20,000 nt of DNA, taken from NCBI RefSeq assembly GCF_025526975.1, contig NW_026515682.1:680725-700724 (forward strand), in the 5' to 3' direction. Below the pieces are notes generated by a model. That model did not search any database and had not been told where the DNA came from. It worked only from the letters and a program-made list of their open reading frames with translations. Positions 10,198 through 19,530 of the stretch are shown piece after piece (the stretch's first letter is position 1; each line of letters starts with the position of its first letter). This DNA is from Fimicolochytrium jonesii. Lineage: Eukaryota. A program made the position numbers and the translations under genes.

Positions 10198-10890
10198 ATG
10201 CTTAACCAGCTTTCCCCGAAAAATATTGGCATATACACAAGTAGCTTGCTGCAGAGCCGGGCCTCAAGATTGTTCAGTTATCAAACAAGCATCTGGGTTC
10301 TTTTCATTATAGCACTATGCGTTCTATGGGTCGCGCCTCCTGCCCTTGTAAGCGAGTGGCAAAAGAGCTGGTACGAGACCGGCCAGATGAGTCTGGAAAG
10401 TCCCGAAGAGGAGCCCAAACCTATAGCTGGAGCTGGCATCCAGCATGACTTCAATGCGATATCTCGTCGCATTCCAGGCGGCAAGGCTATGCCCGTTTTC
10501 CGTCGCTTACTTTGTGGTATGAGACCAGGTTCCGATGGAGAGGGCTCAATGTACATCTTCAGAAACGGGCAGCAGTATGTGAACCCGATAGATCAAGACC
10601 GCTGGAAAGTGGGATGCACGGGCTCCAAAGTAGGCGTGAAGAAGCGCATGGCGCAATGGGGAAGACAGTGTGGCCACTCTCCAGTGCTGATCGGTGAATG
10701 GAAGGTCAATTGCCACAGATTATGCGAGAATTTGATACATTCCGAGCTGAAGTTGAAGGGAAGGTGGCTGGGAAACGTGCAATGTGAGTGCAAAACCCAG
10801 AAAGGCCATTGCGAGTGGTTCCAGGGGCCATTAGCTGACCTTCGGGAAACTATCGGATTCTGGGTGAACTATGTCAATCGACACTATTGA
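10198..10890 (+). CDS. T5orf172/MUG113-family (GIY-YIG superfamily) protein with an N-terminal transmembrane helix
   Basis: GSMYIF...WKVGCTG...VKKRMAQWGRQC...HRLCENLIHSELK...CECKTQKGHCEWF matches the fungal-type T5orf172/MUG113 pattern. Hydrophobic segment IWVLFIIALCVLWVA near the N-terminus. Intronless, 230 aa. Confidence 0.85.
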   Translation: MLNQLSPKNIGIYTSSLLQSRASRLFSYQTSIWVLFIIALCVLWVAPPALVSEWQKSWYETGQMSLESPEEEPKPIAGAGIQHDFNAISRRIPGGKAMPVFRRLLCGMRPGSDGEGSMYIFRNGQQYVNPIDQDRWKVGCTGSKVGVKKRMAQWGRQCGHSPVLIGEWKVNCHRLCENLIHSELKLKGRWLGNVQCECKTQKGHCEWFQGPLADLRETIGFWVNYVNRHY

Positions 10891-11567
10891 CTTGATTACC
10901 CCAATGAGAGCACTGGGGAGGTTTTCATGCTTCGCATTCCATCGGATTTTCGTCAAATAGCACAAGGAGGGTAGGGTGCATCCGCAACATGTCATCCCGC
11001 AAGCAACATCTGCCACATGCTCGTCATACCTGCCGCCATCTTCACCCCCTGGATCGCTCGGCGCGCGACTGGAAATCTTGTCGAGCCGTACCGTTTGCTC
11101 TCGATGGGAGACATTACAGAAACCAGACAATAACCTGAGTTCACACCCTCCACTCCAACTCCAGATGACGACGCCAGCCAGTATGACCAGCGGAGACAGC
11201 AGCCAGTCGGCGGCCAGCAGTACGATTATAGGCGGGCGGACTATCTAGCAACGGTGCGAGACTCCAGCCGACGAGTTCTCACATGATTGGGTCTTTTTCA
11301 TCTCAAATGTCACTTTATGTATCTGCCATGCCGGACAGGGGCCATTGCACGGTATCCGCCTGATTGCACCCCTTGGAACTGCCAACGCACTGAATAACGG
11401 GTTAAGGATTCTTCAGCATGCTACGAGAGCTAGGGCTTTCGGATATGGAACGAAAGGTGCTTAAATGCTATGGACTCTACTTCCAGTAACATCCCGCAAA
11501 CAACTTCACCCAATAAACGTGCCCAAACGTGTCTTCATCTTCCTAAATCACTACAAGTACCAAAGCC

Positions 11568-11795
11568 CTAATGGGCTTTGCAAGGACTGTAGCAGAAGCA
11601 AGCGCGACCAGGTAGGGAGATGTCACAGCTTCCTCCCATGTTCTTTGTGCGTTCACCTCTGCAGATGTTCGCGCAGTTCTTGTCGCTCAGGCATGCCCCG
11701 TGAAAATTCTTGGAACGGTATTTGCACTTGGCGGCTTCAGCCGTGGAGGTGAGGAAAAGGGCGAGGAAGACGGTGGGGGCGACGGAGAATTTCAT
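11568..11795 (-). CDS. Secreted plant-type (gamma-thionin, CS-alpha/beta) defensin with 8 Cys
   Basis: Signal peptide MKFSVAPTVFLALFLTSTAEA, then AKCKYRSKNFHGACLSDKNCANICRGERTKNMGGSCDISLPGRACFCYSPCKAH. This gives C-x3-S-x2-F-x-G-x-C-x5-C-x3-C-x2-E...GGxC...CxC-x3-C, the gamma-thionin consensus. Intact and intronless. Confidence 0.9.
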   Translation of the reverse strand: MKFSVAPTVFLALFLTSTAEAAKCKYRSKNFHGACLSDKNCANICRGERTKNMGGSCDISLPGRACFCYSPCKAH

Positions 11796-12539
11796 GACTG
11801 TTGAGGGCCTACGGATGGATGCGGTTGGTAATGGATGGCGTTGGTAATCTATACGCAGTACGCAGGAAGCTACCCCACGCAGCGCATCGCCAACGGAAAC
11901 ACCCTTTCACTGGGAACCTCGCAAGCACAGCGCCCACTCGATCCCACAGCACACCGCGGAGTGCGAGTGACCTTCAGCGTTCACAATCGCGCACCGCTTG
12001 CACGTTCGCGCTGTTGGGAGTCTGCGCTCGCGCTCTGGAGTCTGATTCAGCTCGGCTCGTGCGCTGACTGAGTGGATCCGGCCTGCACAAAAAAAAACCC
12101 GCTACAAGTATGACCCCCTGGTCGCTCCAAGCCAAAGTGACTTTGTCGGTTTCCCCCTTCCTCTGCATAGTGACACCGTGTAGAACACCACTGGCGGATT
12201 GCCGATATGTTTGCAAGAACTGCTTGGTGCACTGAACATGTCCTTATGACAAGACCCCATTTAGCATGTTTTCAGCAGTTGACCCAGGAAGCGCGGCTTG
12301 TAGTCAAACATTGCACAATGACAAGTGAAATTGCTTGGGCGTGCGGATGACCGAATCCGGCGCCCACCTTCCAACCAGATTCAACATCAGGAGGGAAATA
12401 TGAATTTGACTATTTTATTGACACAGCAGAGGTCGTGTACAGTACAAAGCGAGATTTGCAGGTTGATTACAGGGTCTGGCGGGCGAAGACGAACTATTAG
12501 ATACAGCGAGGGGAAACTTGTGGATAAATGCGGGCCACT

Positions 12540-12968
12540 TCATAATTGACCCGGTTCGATGCAGATGTCGTGAGGCTGCGGGTGAATGTCACAGCAGGGT
12601 CCTGAAGCGCTCGGGGGACGGCGATCGGGGTCAGGCCCCTCCGCGTACTCGTTTGGGTACGGCAGTGATTCGACCACTTTTTGGGTTTTCACTTGAACAA
12701 ACTCCATGACACCGGGCTTGTCGAAGACGGGCCAAATACCCCTATCTTGTACGTAGCGACCGTAGAGCGCTCGCCACTTCGGGCGAGTATTCCAGTAGAA
12801 CGGGGCGTAGTCGCGCCCCCAGTCCTTCGCTTCCACCCCGGACCGGAGCATTGTTCCAATGATGAAGCCGCCGTACGCCTCGAAGTCCTTGTCCGACAGC
12901 TTGTCTCCGTGCGAAAGGTTGAAGGCTCGCTTGACTCCTCGCTTATCGAGCATGCGGAAGTAAACCAT
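12540..12968 (-). CDS. Hypothetical protein (142 aa), probable true start MVYFRMLDKRG
   Basis: Protein-like aromatic/charged composition from ATG 12968 onward, with TATAAA at 13041-13046 (minus strand) about 75 nt upstream. The longer 13286 start in the track runs through non-coding repeats. Confidence 0.55.
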   Translation of the reverse strand: MVYFRMLDKRGVKRAFNLSHGDKLSDKDFEAYGGFIIGTMLRSGVEAKDWGRDYAPFYWNTRPKWRALYGRYVQDRGIWPVFDKPGVMEFVQVKTQKVVESLPYPNEYAEGPDPDRRPPSASGPCCDIHPQPHDICIEPGQL

Positions 12969-13180
12969 GTTGCAGGAGTTGATGATTTTGCGATAGATGT
13001 ATGCTTTCCGAGGTCGACGGGGACTGCAGTGGGACCGGCCTTTATATTCGCAAGTTCCTCGCGGAATTTGAGCGCAGAGCGGCCTGATAGATTGCCCAGG
13101 CGTCTGTCTTTTGCCCATCAAGGTGGACCTGTCGGTGCAATATTGCTGGTGAGTGCGCGTACGCTTTGATGGGTGGCGGA

Positions 13181-13650
13181 CCGACGCGCCCAACAGCGAA
13201 AGGACATTTACCAACAACGCCCGAACGACGCTCGACAAATCCCACTCCGAACGGTCCAAGGACAGACCTGTCCGATGTCCCTCCACCGCACGGAGCGCAG
13301 CGACCGTCCACCGAGTTGGATAGATTGAGCGAAGAATTACAATGATGTCACGGACAATCTCGCTGCCACAACGGGCTTACTCAGAACGCACATCCAAGAA
13401 CTGAATCGAAAACAAGACGAACTCAAGCAGTTCTGGCCTGGTTGCTGTTTTGCTGAAAGCGCTTGGCGGTTGTCTGGCAGAGCAGGCTTTGCCTTTAAGC
13501 TCCGGCTGCAGCACGCAGACAACGTCGTTCGGGCGGTGTTCGTGAATATCCTTTCGCTGTTGGGCGCGTCGGTTCGGCGGAGTAGGATTTGTCGAGCGTC
13601 GTTCCGGCGTTGTTGGCGAATGTCCGTCCTTTCGCTGCTGGGCGCGTCGG
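13181..13650. repeat. ~70-bp repeat in three copies: one forward, two tandem inverted
   Basis: CCGACGCGCCCAACAGCGAAAGGACATTTACCAACAACGCCCGAACGACGCTCGACAAATCCCACTCCG at 13181-13249 (+); a full diverged copy at 13578-13650 (-) and a partial copy at 13523-13572 (-). Confidence 0.9.
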
Positions 13651-13689
13651 GCCGTCGGTCGGAGCAAGCAGGACCGAGTGAGGCCGTAT

Positions 13690-14418
13690 GGTAACTGTAC
13701 CCGCGCAGCTCATTCCACAAAGGGGGAACGGGCAGCCATGATATATGAAGCCGAACTGGAAAAGATATACACCGATCTCTTCAAGTTGCTGACTGGCAAC
13801 CACAAGGTAAAGGAGAGGAACTTGAATGAGAACTTCCTTGCGACAGCAATGCCGCTTGTAGCGTCGAACCATTTGCCAGAGGTGGCAGACAACAGCGACG
13901 GCTTCTGGCGTCGACCAAAGGTCATTGAGTGCTTGGCTAAGTTTGTCGACTCACCGGGTCCACCTAGTGCGCGAGAACGGAAGTTAGATGATAGCATGGC
14001 CGAGAATTCATTGCCCTGCGCCGATACGTTTCTTGCCCTCTTAGTCAAATATCATCGCGGACGATATCTTGTAGAAGGTTTGACAAGGTATCAGCCAGAG
14101 AGCGTTTGTAAAGCCACCAAAGCTTGGCGGTATTCGCAAGACCCTCCACAACAATTCGTGGACCTAACGTGCAATCCCGGCGTAGATGCGTACGTGACCA
14201 GCGACGCTCTGTTGGTTGCATTCAAGGAGTGAACCACCAGGGAACAGCTGGGCTCGGACAACAAAAAGGTCAAGGCGCTGAAGCACCTCATGGACCTGCG
14301 CTATGGGAAGAGCAATGAGCAGAGGAAGATAGGTCAAGGGTGCAGCGAAGAAGACCTCTATAACATTATGGGCCAATGCTCGACTAGACAAACAAGGCTG
14401 GCAATGGGATGTGAATGA
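13690..14418 (+). pseudogene. D5/P4-type SF3 primase-helicase, C-terminal remnant
   Basis: KGERAAMIYE...LFKLLTGNHKVKERNL...PLVASNHLPEVADNSDGFWRRPKVIE...KFVD matches D5-family motifs B/B'/C. The winged-helix-like DPPQQFV...SDALLVAFKE* is broken by TGA at 14230-14232, where W is usual, and the frame continues to 14418. Walker A and everything upstream are missing. Confidence 0.8.
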
Positions 14419-14786
14419 TGGTGAGGATACAGAACGCAAGCGCAGGGTCTCCTCCTTCTGATTGATGCTACGTTGTTCAAGTTTCAGGAATAGGACCGGA
14501 AGTGGTGAAGCAGATTTCGGACTGCGGTTTGTAACGCGCTGTCACATTCTGTCAGTGCGCGGGCTTTGTAATCCAGAGGAACACCCCGCTTTTATCTTCG
14601 CCTGGAGGAAACTCGACGGACTTCCAGACGCGTTACGGACTACCAGACGCGTCTACCCCTACTGTACAGTCAACGGACAAAAAGCTGTGCATCCCCCTGA
14701 AATAAATCAGCGACTGCGGGAACGCCAAATTCACGTGAGTAATCGATATTGATTTCAATTAGAGGGGGTGCACAGCTTTATGTCCG

Positions 14787-15278
14787 ATGACTGTACAGAA
14801 GATACCCCTTTACTTCGCAAGGAGGAAGAGAAGATTGCATGCCGAACGGGTCCGCGCCCAGTTCCCGAGCTATGCCGTCAACGCGGTCTTCGACGCAAAC
14901 TACGTCACCATTGCCATGTTATTCACCTCGACCCGCACCCCGTCCGAGCCGTTCTTCGCCGCCATTCACAAGTACATCTACGACGTCGTTTGTCCCGCCG
15001 GTTTCCGAACAAGCTCACAATGGAAGCCACTCTGGGATCATCTTAAAAGACTCCGCAGCGGTGAAGTGACGCACAACATCAAGGGCACGTTCCTGGCGAT
15101 CCTGTCGCAAACGCTGGAGAACCGAGCCGTGCTTGCGATGGAGCAATTCTTCCAGAGTAAATCTCTGGATGTCGGTGCCCTCATCTTTGACGGCCTCCTC
15201 TTGCGTAAAGAGAGGGACGTGATGGACCTGGAGCTACTTTGCATCTACAATGTTCGCATTTGTGAGGGAATGGGTTAG
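14787..15278 (+). pseudogene. TVpol-like (family A-related transposon-viral polymerase) C-terminal fragment
   Basis: NIKGTFLAILSQTLENRAVLAMEQFFQSKSLDVGALIFDGLLL resembles the Q..E helix plus hh(H/F)DGhh motif C of TVpol domains of virophage/PLV primase-helicases. No motif A region is visible. Confidence 0.6.
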
Positions 15279-15761
15279 CGGCGGCCAGCACAGCAATGCA
15301 GAAAGCAATGAGCAGACTTACGGCGGGATTCATTGTGACGGCTTGATGAGTGAGTGGGGGTGGTGAGAATGCGCGGGGATCACTGGTCCTGCTGAGCGGA
15401 CTTTATGTGCCTTCTGGTGGAAAGGAAAGAGAAGGAGAGAGAAGGAAGAACGAGACGACACTCCGCAACGAATTGGCCGCCGCTTGCACACGCTACCCCG
15501 TTGATTAGCCACGCGACTCGCCTGCATCGCGTTCTAGGTGGCATCTGCGTGGCATGCCCTTGCGAACCCCACAGGACTGCAGACAGCGACAGCGCCAGAG
15601 TAAAGACACCGTGCGCAATCACTCCCACGCTCAATCATGTTGCACCATGTGTTATTCAAAAGGTATTCTACATAGTATCAAACACCTCTGTTCTCTACTA
15701 CTACAAGCAAGTCCTTCTCTAACGTCTCTGTAAACAAGTCGGAGTCGCCTCTCGGCCCAAT

Positions 15762-16532
15762 CTACCACTTGGAACGAGCTCCCAACCACTGGCCTTGAGC
15801 GGTCTGGTATTTGCAAATATCGCAATACGTGAAGCCTAGGAGTAGGAGAAAACAATAAACGAGGAGGAACGGTCAGCGATGAGAAGTGAGAAGTGCCGTA
15901 TCGCCATACACTCGTGGACGATCATGGCTTACCAGCGTGAGCGGCGATGGTGATTGCAAAGTCACAGCCGTCGACGAAAGTGTTGGCGGCACAAATTTCC
16001 GAGCATCCCGTTTCCACATTTGCCCATTGAGTGGGGATGCGGAAACTAGCGCCGCAAACCTTTTTGAGCTGCGCGTTGGTAGCAAAGAGACCCTTCTCGG
16101 CATCGTCGATTTTATCACTGATCTGATCAGCGATGGTGAGGCGTTGGGAGTTCTCTTGGGTGAACGGAGTGACGCCCTTAGGGAAGCATTCCTTGGTGGA
16201 ACTGTTCCAAACGAAGAAGGCAGCCTTGGGGGATGGAACGGCGCTCACGGCGTTGGCGCATTCGCAAGCACTTTTTGGGGGTTGGGTTAGCACGAAGCCC
16301 GTGAACCCAATCGCAGCCCATTTCCTTCATCTCACCTGTTGAACTTCTTTTTGAAGACCGGGTGGGCAGTGAGATCTCCAATGTCCTTCAGATCGCGGTT
16401 CTCAAGGATGTTCCAGTCACTGGCGGAGCACGCAGCGGCGGCGGCATCGGGAGCTGGAGCAGCTGGAGCGGCGGGTGCCCCGAGGGCGCTGGCGGCGAGG
16501 AGTGGGGCGAGGAAAGCGAGGGTAGCGCGCAT
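15762..16532 (-). CDS. Three-exon secreted Cys-containing protein with PAN/apple-like domain(s), 202 aa
   Basis: Exons 16532-16336, 16270-15933, 15835-15762; introns GTGAGA..GCTAAC..AAG (65 nt) and GTAAGC..GCTGAC..TAG (97 nt). Signal peptide MRATLAFLAPLLAASALG, Ala/Pro linker, then RDLKDIGDL...SACECA...AFFVWNSSTKECFPK (PAN-like), ending ...GFTYCDICKYQTAQGQWLGARSKW*. Confidence 0.8.
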
Positions 16533-18398
16533 TTTAAGTGTATGTGGGTCGGAGTGAACCGTTGGGCGTTGGTTGCTGAGGTTCGCTAGAAGTGCGATGA
16601 TTGCTGAGTTCGATGAGATGGAGGTGCAACTGATGTTGAGGACGAGGGAGTCCATCCGGTCCTTCCTATTTATGCATATCGCCAGCCGCTATCCTTCACC
16701 GTCCGGTTTGTACTCCTTCTGCTCTCAGCGCTCTCATCAGCGCACTCACTGCTCTGACAGTGGCCAAAACGGGGCGGAGTATAATGGAAAGAAGCATCAC
16801 GAAAGAACCGAAGCGTGGCGTCCATGACAACGACACGGATCGGCCATTTGGTTGAGTCGGCCGCACTCGGAGCCGGCGTGACAGCCAGCCACCAATGCAA
16901 TATTCCTGCCAGTTGGCTCGCGTTACTTGAGGTTTTTTTTTCTCAATGGGTAGGCCTAGCCATACACTTGCGGCCGGCGCGAGTCTTGCGATGCAACAAC
17001 TGCGATGATCCTATCACTGAGATCTTCATGAGGGCGATGCCGGCCGCACTCGGGGCTATGCTATAGCTGCAAAGGATGGGATATGATAGATGCCCTCGGG
17101 ACTCGGAGTCCAATACATTTTGTTGCCAAAACGTGCCGACGTGGACGCACATACAATACAGTAGGCCCAAATTCCACTGTCGACGTCACTAGAACCGGTG
17201 GTGGCGGAGCCGGCCGCTCCGAGGCTATGCCATGGCCGCAATGACAGATATCTGCGCTGCATTCGATTTCCCGAACGTTGTTCCCTGCCCGCGCGGCGTT
17301 AGTTCCAAAGTTCCACCGTCGACTCCGTTTGCTTCTCTCGGGAAAAATCCTGCGTATCGACCCAGAAAAGTCCTACATGGACTGCGCGACGCGTTCGAAT
17401 AGTGCAGCCACATACCGCAACAGCACGCAGCTATGATGTAGACGGCCGCTTGGTGCAACCTCCGAGGTTGCACAACTAGCGGCAGCTGTTGTGCAGATTT
17501 CAGAATAAGATCATTGAGATGAGATCGTGGATTATGATTCTTCGTTGAAGTTCGAATGGCCTGTTCCTCTGTTGTGCAAACTCCGGAGTGTCAATAAGCT
17601 GACGGGAATGTCGGAAGGCAGCATCGTCTCTTGAGATCCTTCCGAAAAGGTAATGCCGTTCTGCCATCGCGAGGAGCCAGAGAGGTGCTGTCTGCGATGT
17701 GGCCGGTCAACGCGTGTTGTACGGGAAAAACAGGGCAAGGGAAGTCGGTCACATCTCGGACCGAGTGTGGTGATGAATTGGGTCGGTGTTTTTCTGCCGG
17801 TGGATGTTTACGCGCACAGGCTAGGATGCTCTCAGATGTGGCGAATATCCGCGAGACGGAGTGCGTCAAAAGTTGCTGTCTACTTGTGTTCAGAAAAGGG
17901 GTTGAAGTGTGACTGGACGAGCTCGTTTTGCTAAAGCTATGCGGTTCTCGTGTGCTGCGTAGGCAACCGATGCCATTCGCGGGGACACCCAAGCACTCGC
18001 AATGCATCCACCCAATTCCATCTAAACGATATGCATGCAAAGAAAATGTATATATGCAGTTTCGGAAGGACATGAAGAACATAAACGCTAGACGAAACTT
18101 CGGTTCAACGCCTACGGTTTTCAGCTTTCCACATTTTTCCAGGGTACGCCGGGTTGTCGGTGGAAAGGAAAATGTTACGTCGTTTAGAACCCTTGAAAAT
18201 GGACGTCGGTTGTGGGGCCCTGCTGTGTCTCTCGGACCGCTTAGCGTCACGTGAGATGCGAAGGTTGCGGGGGCACGCGCCCTGTCGAGATCGCAGATGT
18301 CGACCCTCTGGCGAACTTCTGCCCCGAACACCTCTCCAGCAACCGACGAGCCCCACTGACGTTTTCAGCAGCATTATTTGACGCCAGCGTCACGATCC

Positions 18399-18662
18399 AT
18401 GTCCATCCAGCAGACCGCCAATGCATGGATCCCTCCGGCCTTTATTTCGCCATCTGGTCAGTCGTGGTGTTATATTCCGCCTGGGTATACGGTCCTATTG
18501 GTCCCGAACTACATCCTTACGACCGCCGGTAGCGCTTGGACCATCGACGCGGCAGCAGCCCGGTGCACCAGTCGCACCACATGGGTCAATGACGTGAGCG
18601 CAGCCCGACCTTTGCATCAGAAAATGACTCCTTGCGTAAAAGAGGCAAAATTGCGGTCTTGA
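18399..18662 (+). CDS. 87-aa orphan protein, paralogue B
   Basis: ATG 18399 MSIQQTANAWIPP... has the same length as 9748-10011, with 32 of the first 52 residues identical by manual alignment. Confidence 0.6.
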   Translation: MSIQQTANAWIPPAFISPSGQSWCYIPPGYTVLLVPNYILTTAGSAWTIDAAAARCTSRTTWVNDVSAARPLHQKMTPCVKEAKLRS

Positions 18663-19425
18663 TGACAGATCCATGACTCTGCCCAGCTAAACCCTCTACA
18701 TTGGTAAAGTTATCAGTCCCTCGTTGTTGCACTTTGGGTTCTATTCTCATCATATCCGCCCAGCCAAATTCCTTATCATTCTGAATGTGGTGTGGGGGAT
18801 GGGATGACTAGCGTAAGAAGATTAGTGTAACTGGGAGCGACAACTCCAGGGGCACTTTCCCGCGTGTCACCTCTAGAGCACGTCATTCAAGGTAGTTTCC
18901 ATAGGAAGATTGTTTGCCACTCTCCAAAGACGAGCAGGCTGGCGATCAAACAAGGGCGTTTTCACAAAGGTGACCAATCCCTGCCCATGAAAGAACCCAA
19001 GGACCCCGTGGTCGGCCCTACGGACCTCCAGATGCACTACAGTCCCTCACCCTTTAAGGCTATTGGGAGTCCGCGCTGAAGTTCAAGCCCGTGATCCCAA
19101 TTTGGATGTATTGGCTTTCTATGATATATCCACTACGGCAGAGCACGTTAGCGCCGCCGGTGGTTCCGCAGCCAAAGAGGCACCATTGATGGTCTGAGAA
19201 GACCATCATAGCAGTGTTCCCTATACTAATCTTGAAATCTACGCTGGTGGTACTCATCTCGCATGAAAGGTTATTCACGATGACACTATGGCGTGAATCA
19301 CCCGCCCCCTTATCAAGTGTGGAAGTACAAGGAGAATTGCCATCGATACGTCTATGCTTTAATCGGGAGTTTGTGCGGCTGAGAGCTGGACGACAAGTGA
19401 AAAACATTGGTCAGACCAGTAAAAC

Positions 19426-19530
19426 TTAGGGTTAGGGTTAGGGTTAGGGTTAGGGTTAGGGTTAGGGTTAGGGTTAGGGTTAGGATTAGGGTTAGGGTTA
19501 GGGTTAGGGTTAGGGTTAGGGTTAGGGTTA
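19426..19530 (+). repeat. Internal telomeric tract (TTAGGG)17.5
   Basis: 105 nt of TTAGGG with one TTAGGA variant (19480-19485), followed by 470 nt of non-telomeric sequence. Confidence 0.97.

Larger units (their letters stand above)
1..15278. mobile_element. Decaying endogenous DNA-virus-like/giant mobile element region (boundaries not determined; extends beyond the left edge)
   Basis: Co-occurrence of AEP primase, YR with BRO-N, T5orf172 GIY-YIG, D5 helicase, TVpol and dense intronless orphan ORFs, several of them pseudogenised. No capsid gene, TIR or TSD identified. Confidence 0.65.

Noticed and set aside
13181..13650. Possible CRISPR-like array
   Set aside because: Only three copies, mixed orientation, no regular unique spacers, no cas genes, eukaryotic context.
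16815..17260. Short CGGCCGCACTCGG repeats (16858, 17041, variant 17211) and LLPKRADVDAH, suggesting decayed ankyrin repeats
   Set aside because: The fragments lie in different frames with many stops and are too weak to call.
17591..18331. 246-aa minus-strand ORF
   Set aside because: Non-ATG start, Ser/Arg/Pro-rich random-like composition and no motif; likely spurious.
19262..19400. PYQVWKYKENCHRYVYALIGSLCG resembling the NC motif of PPPDE/LRAT peptidases
   Set aside because: Short, flanked by stops, and no upstream His motif could be found.
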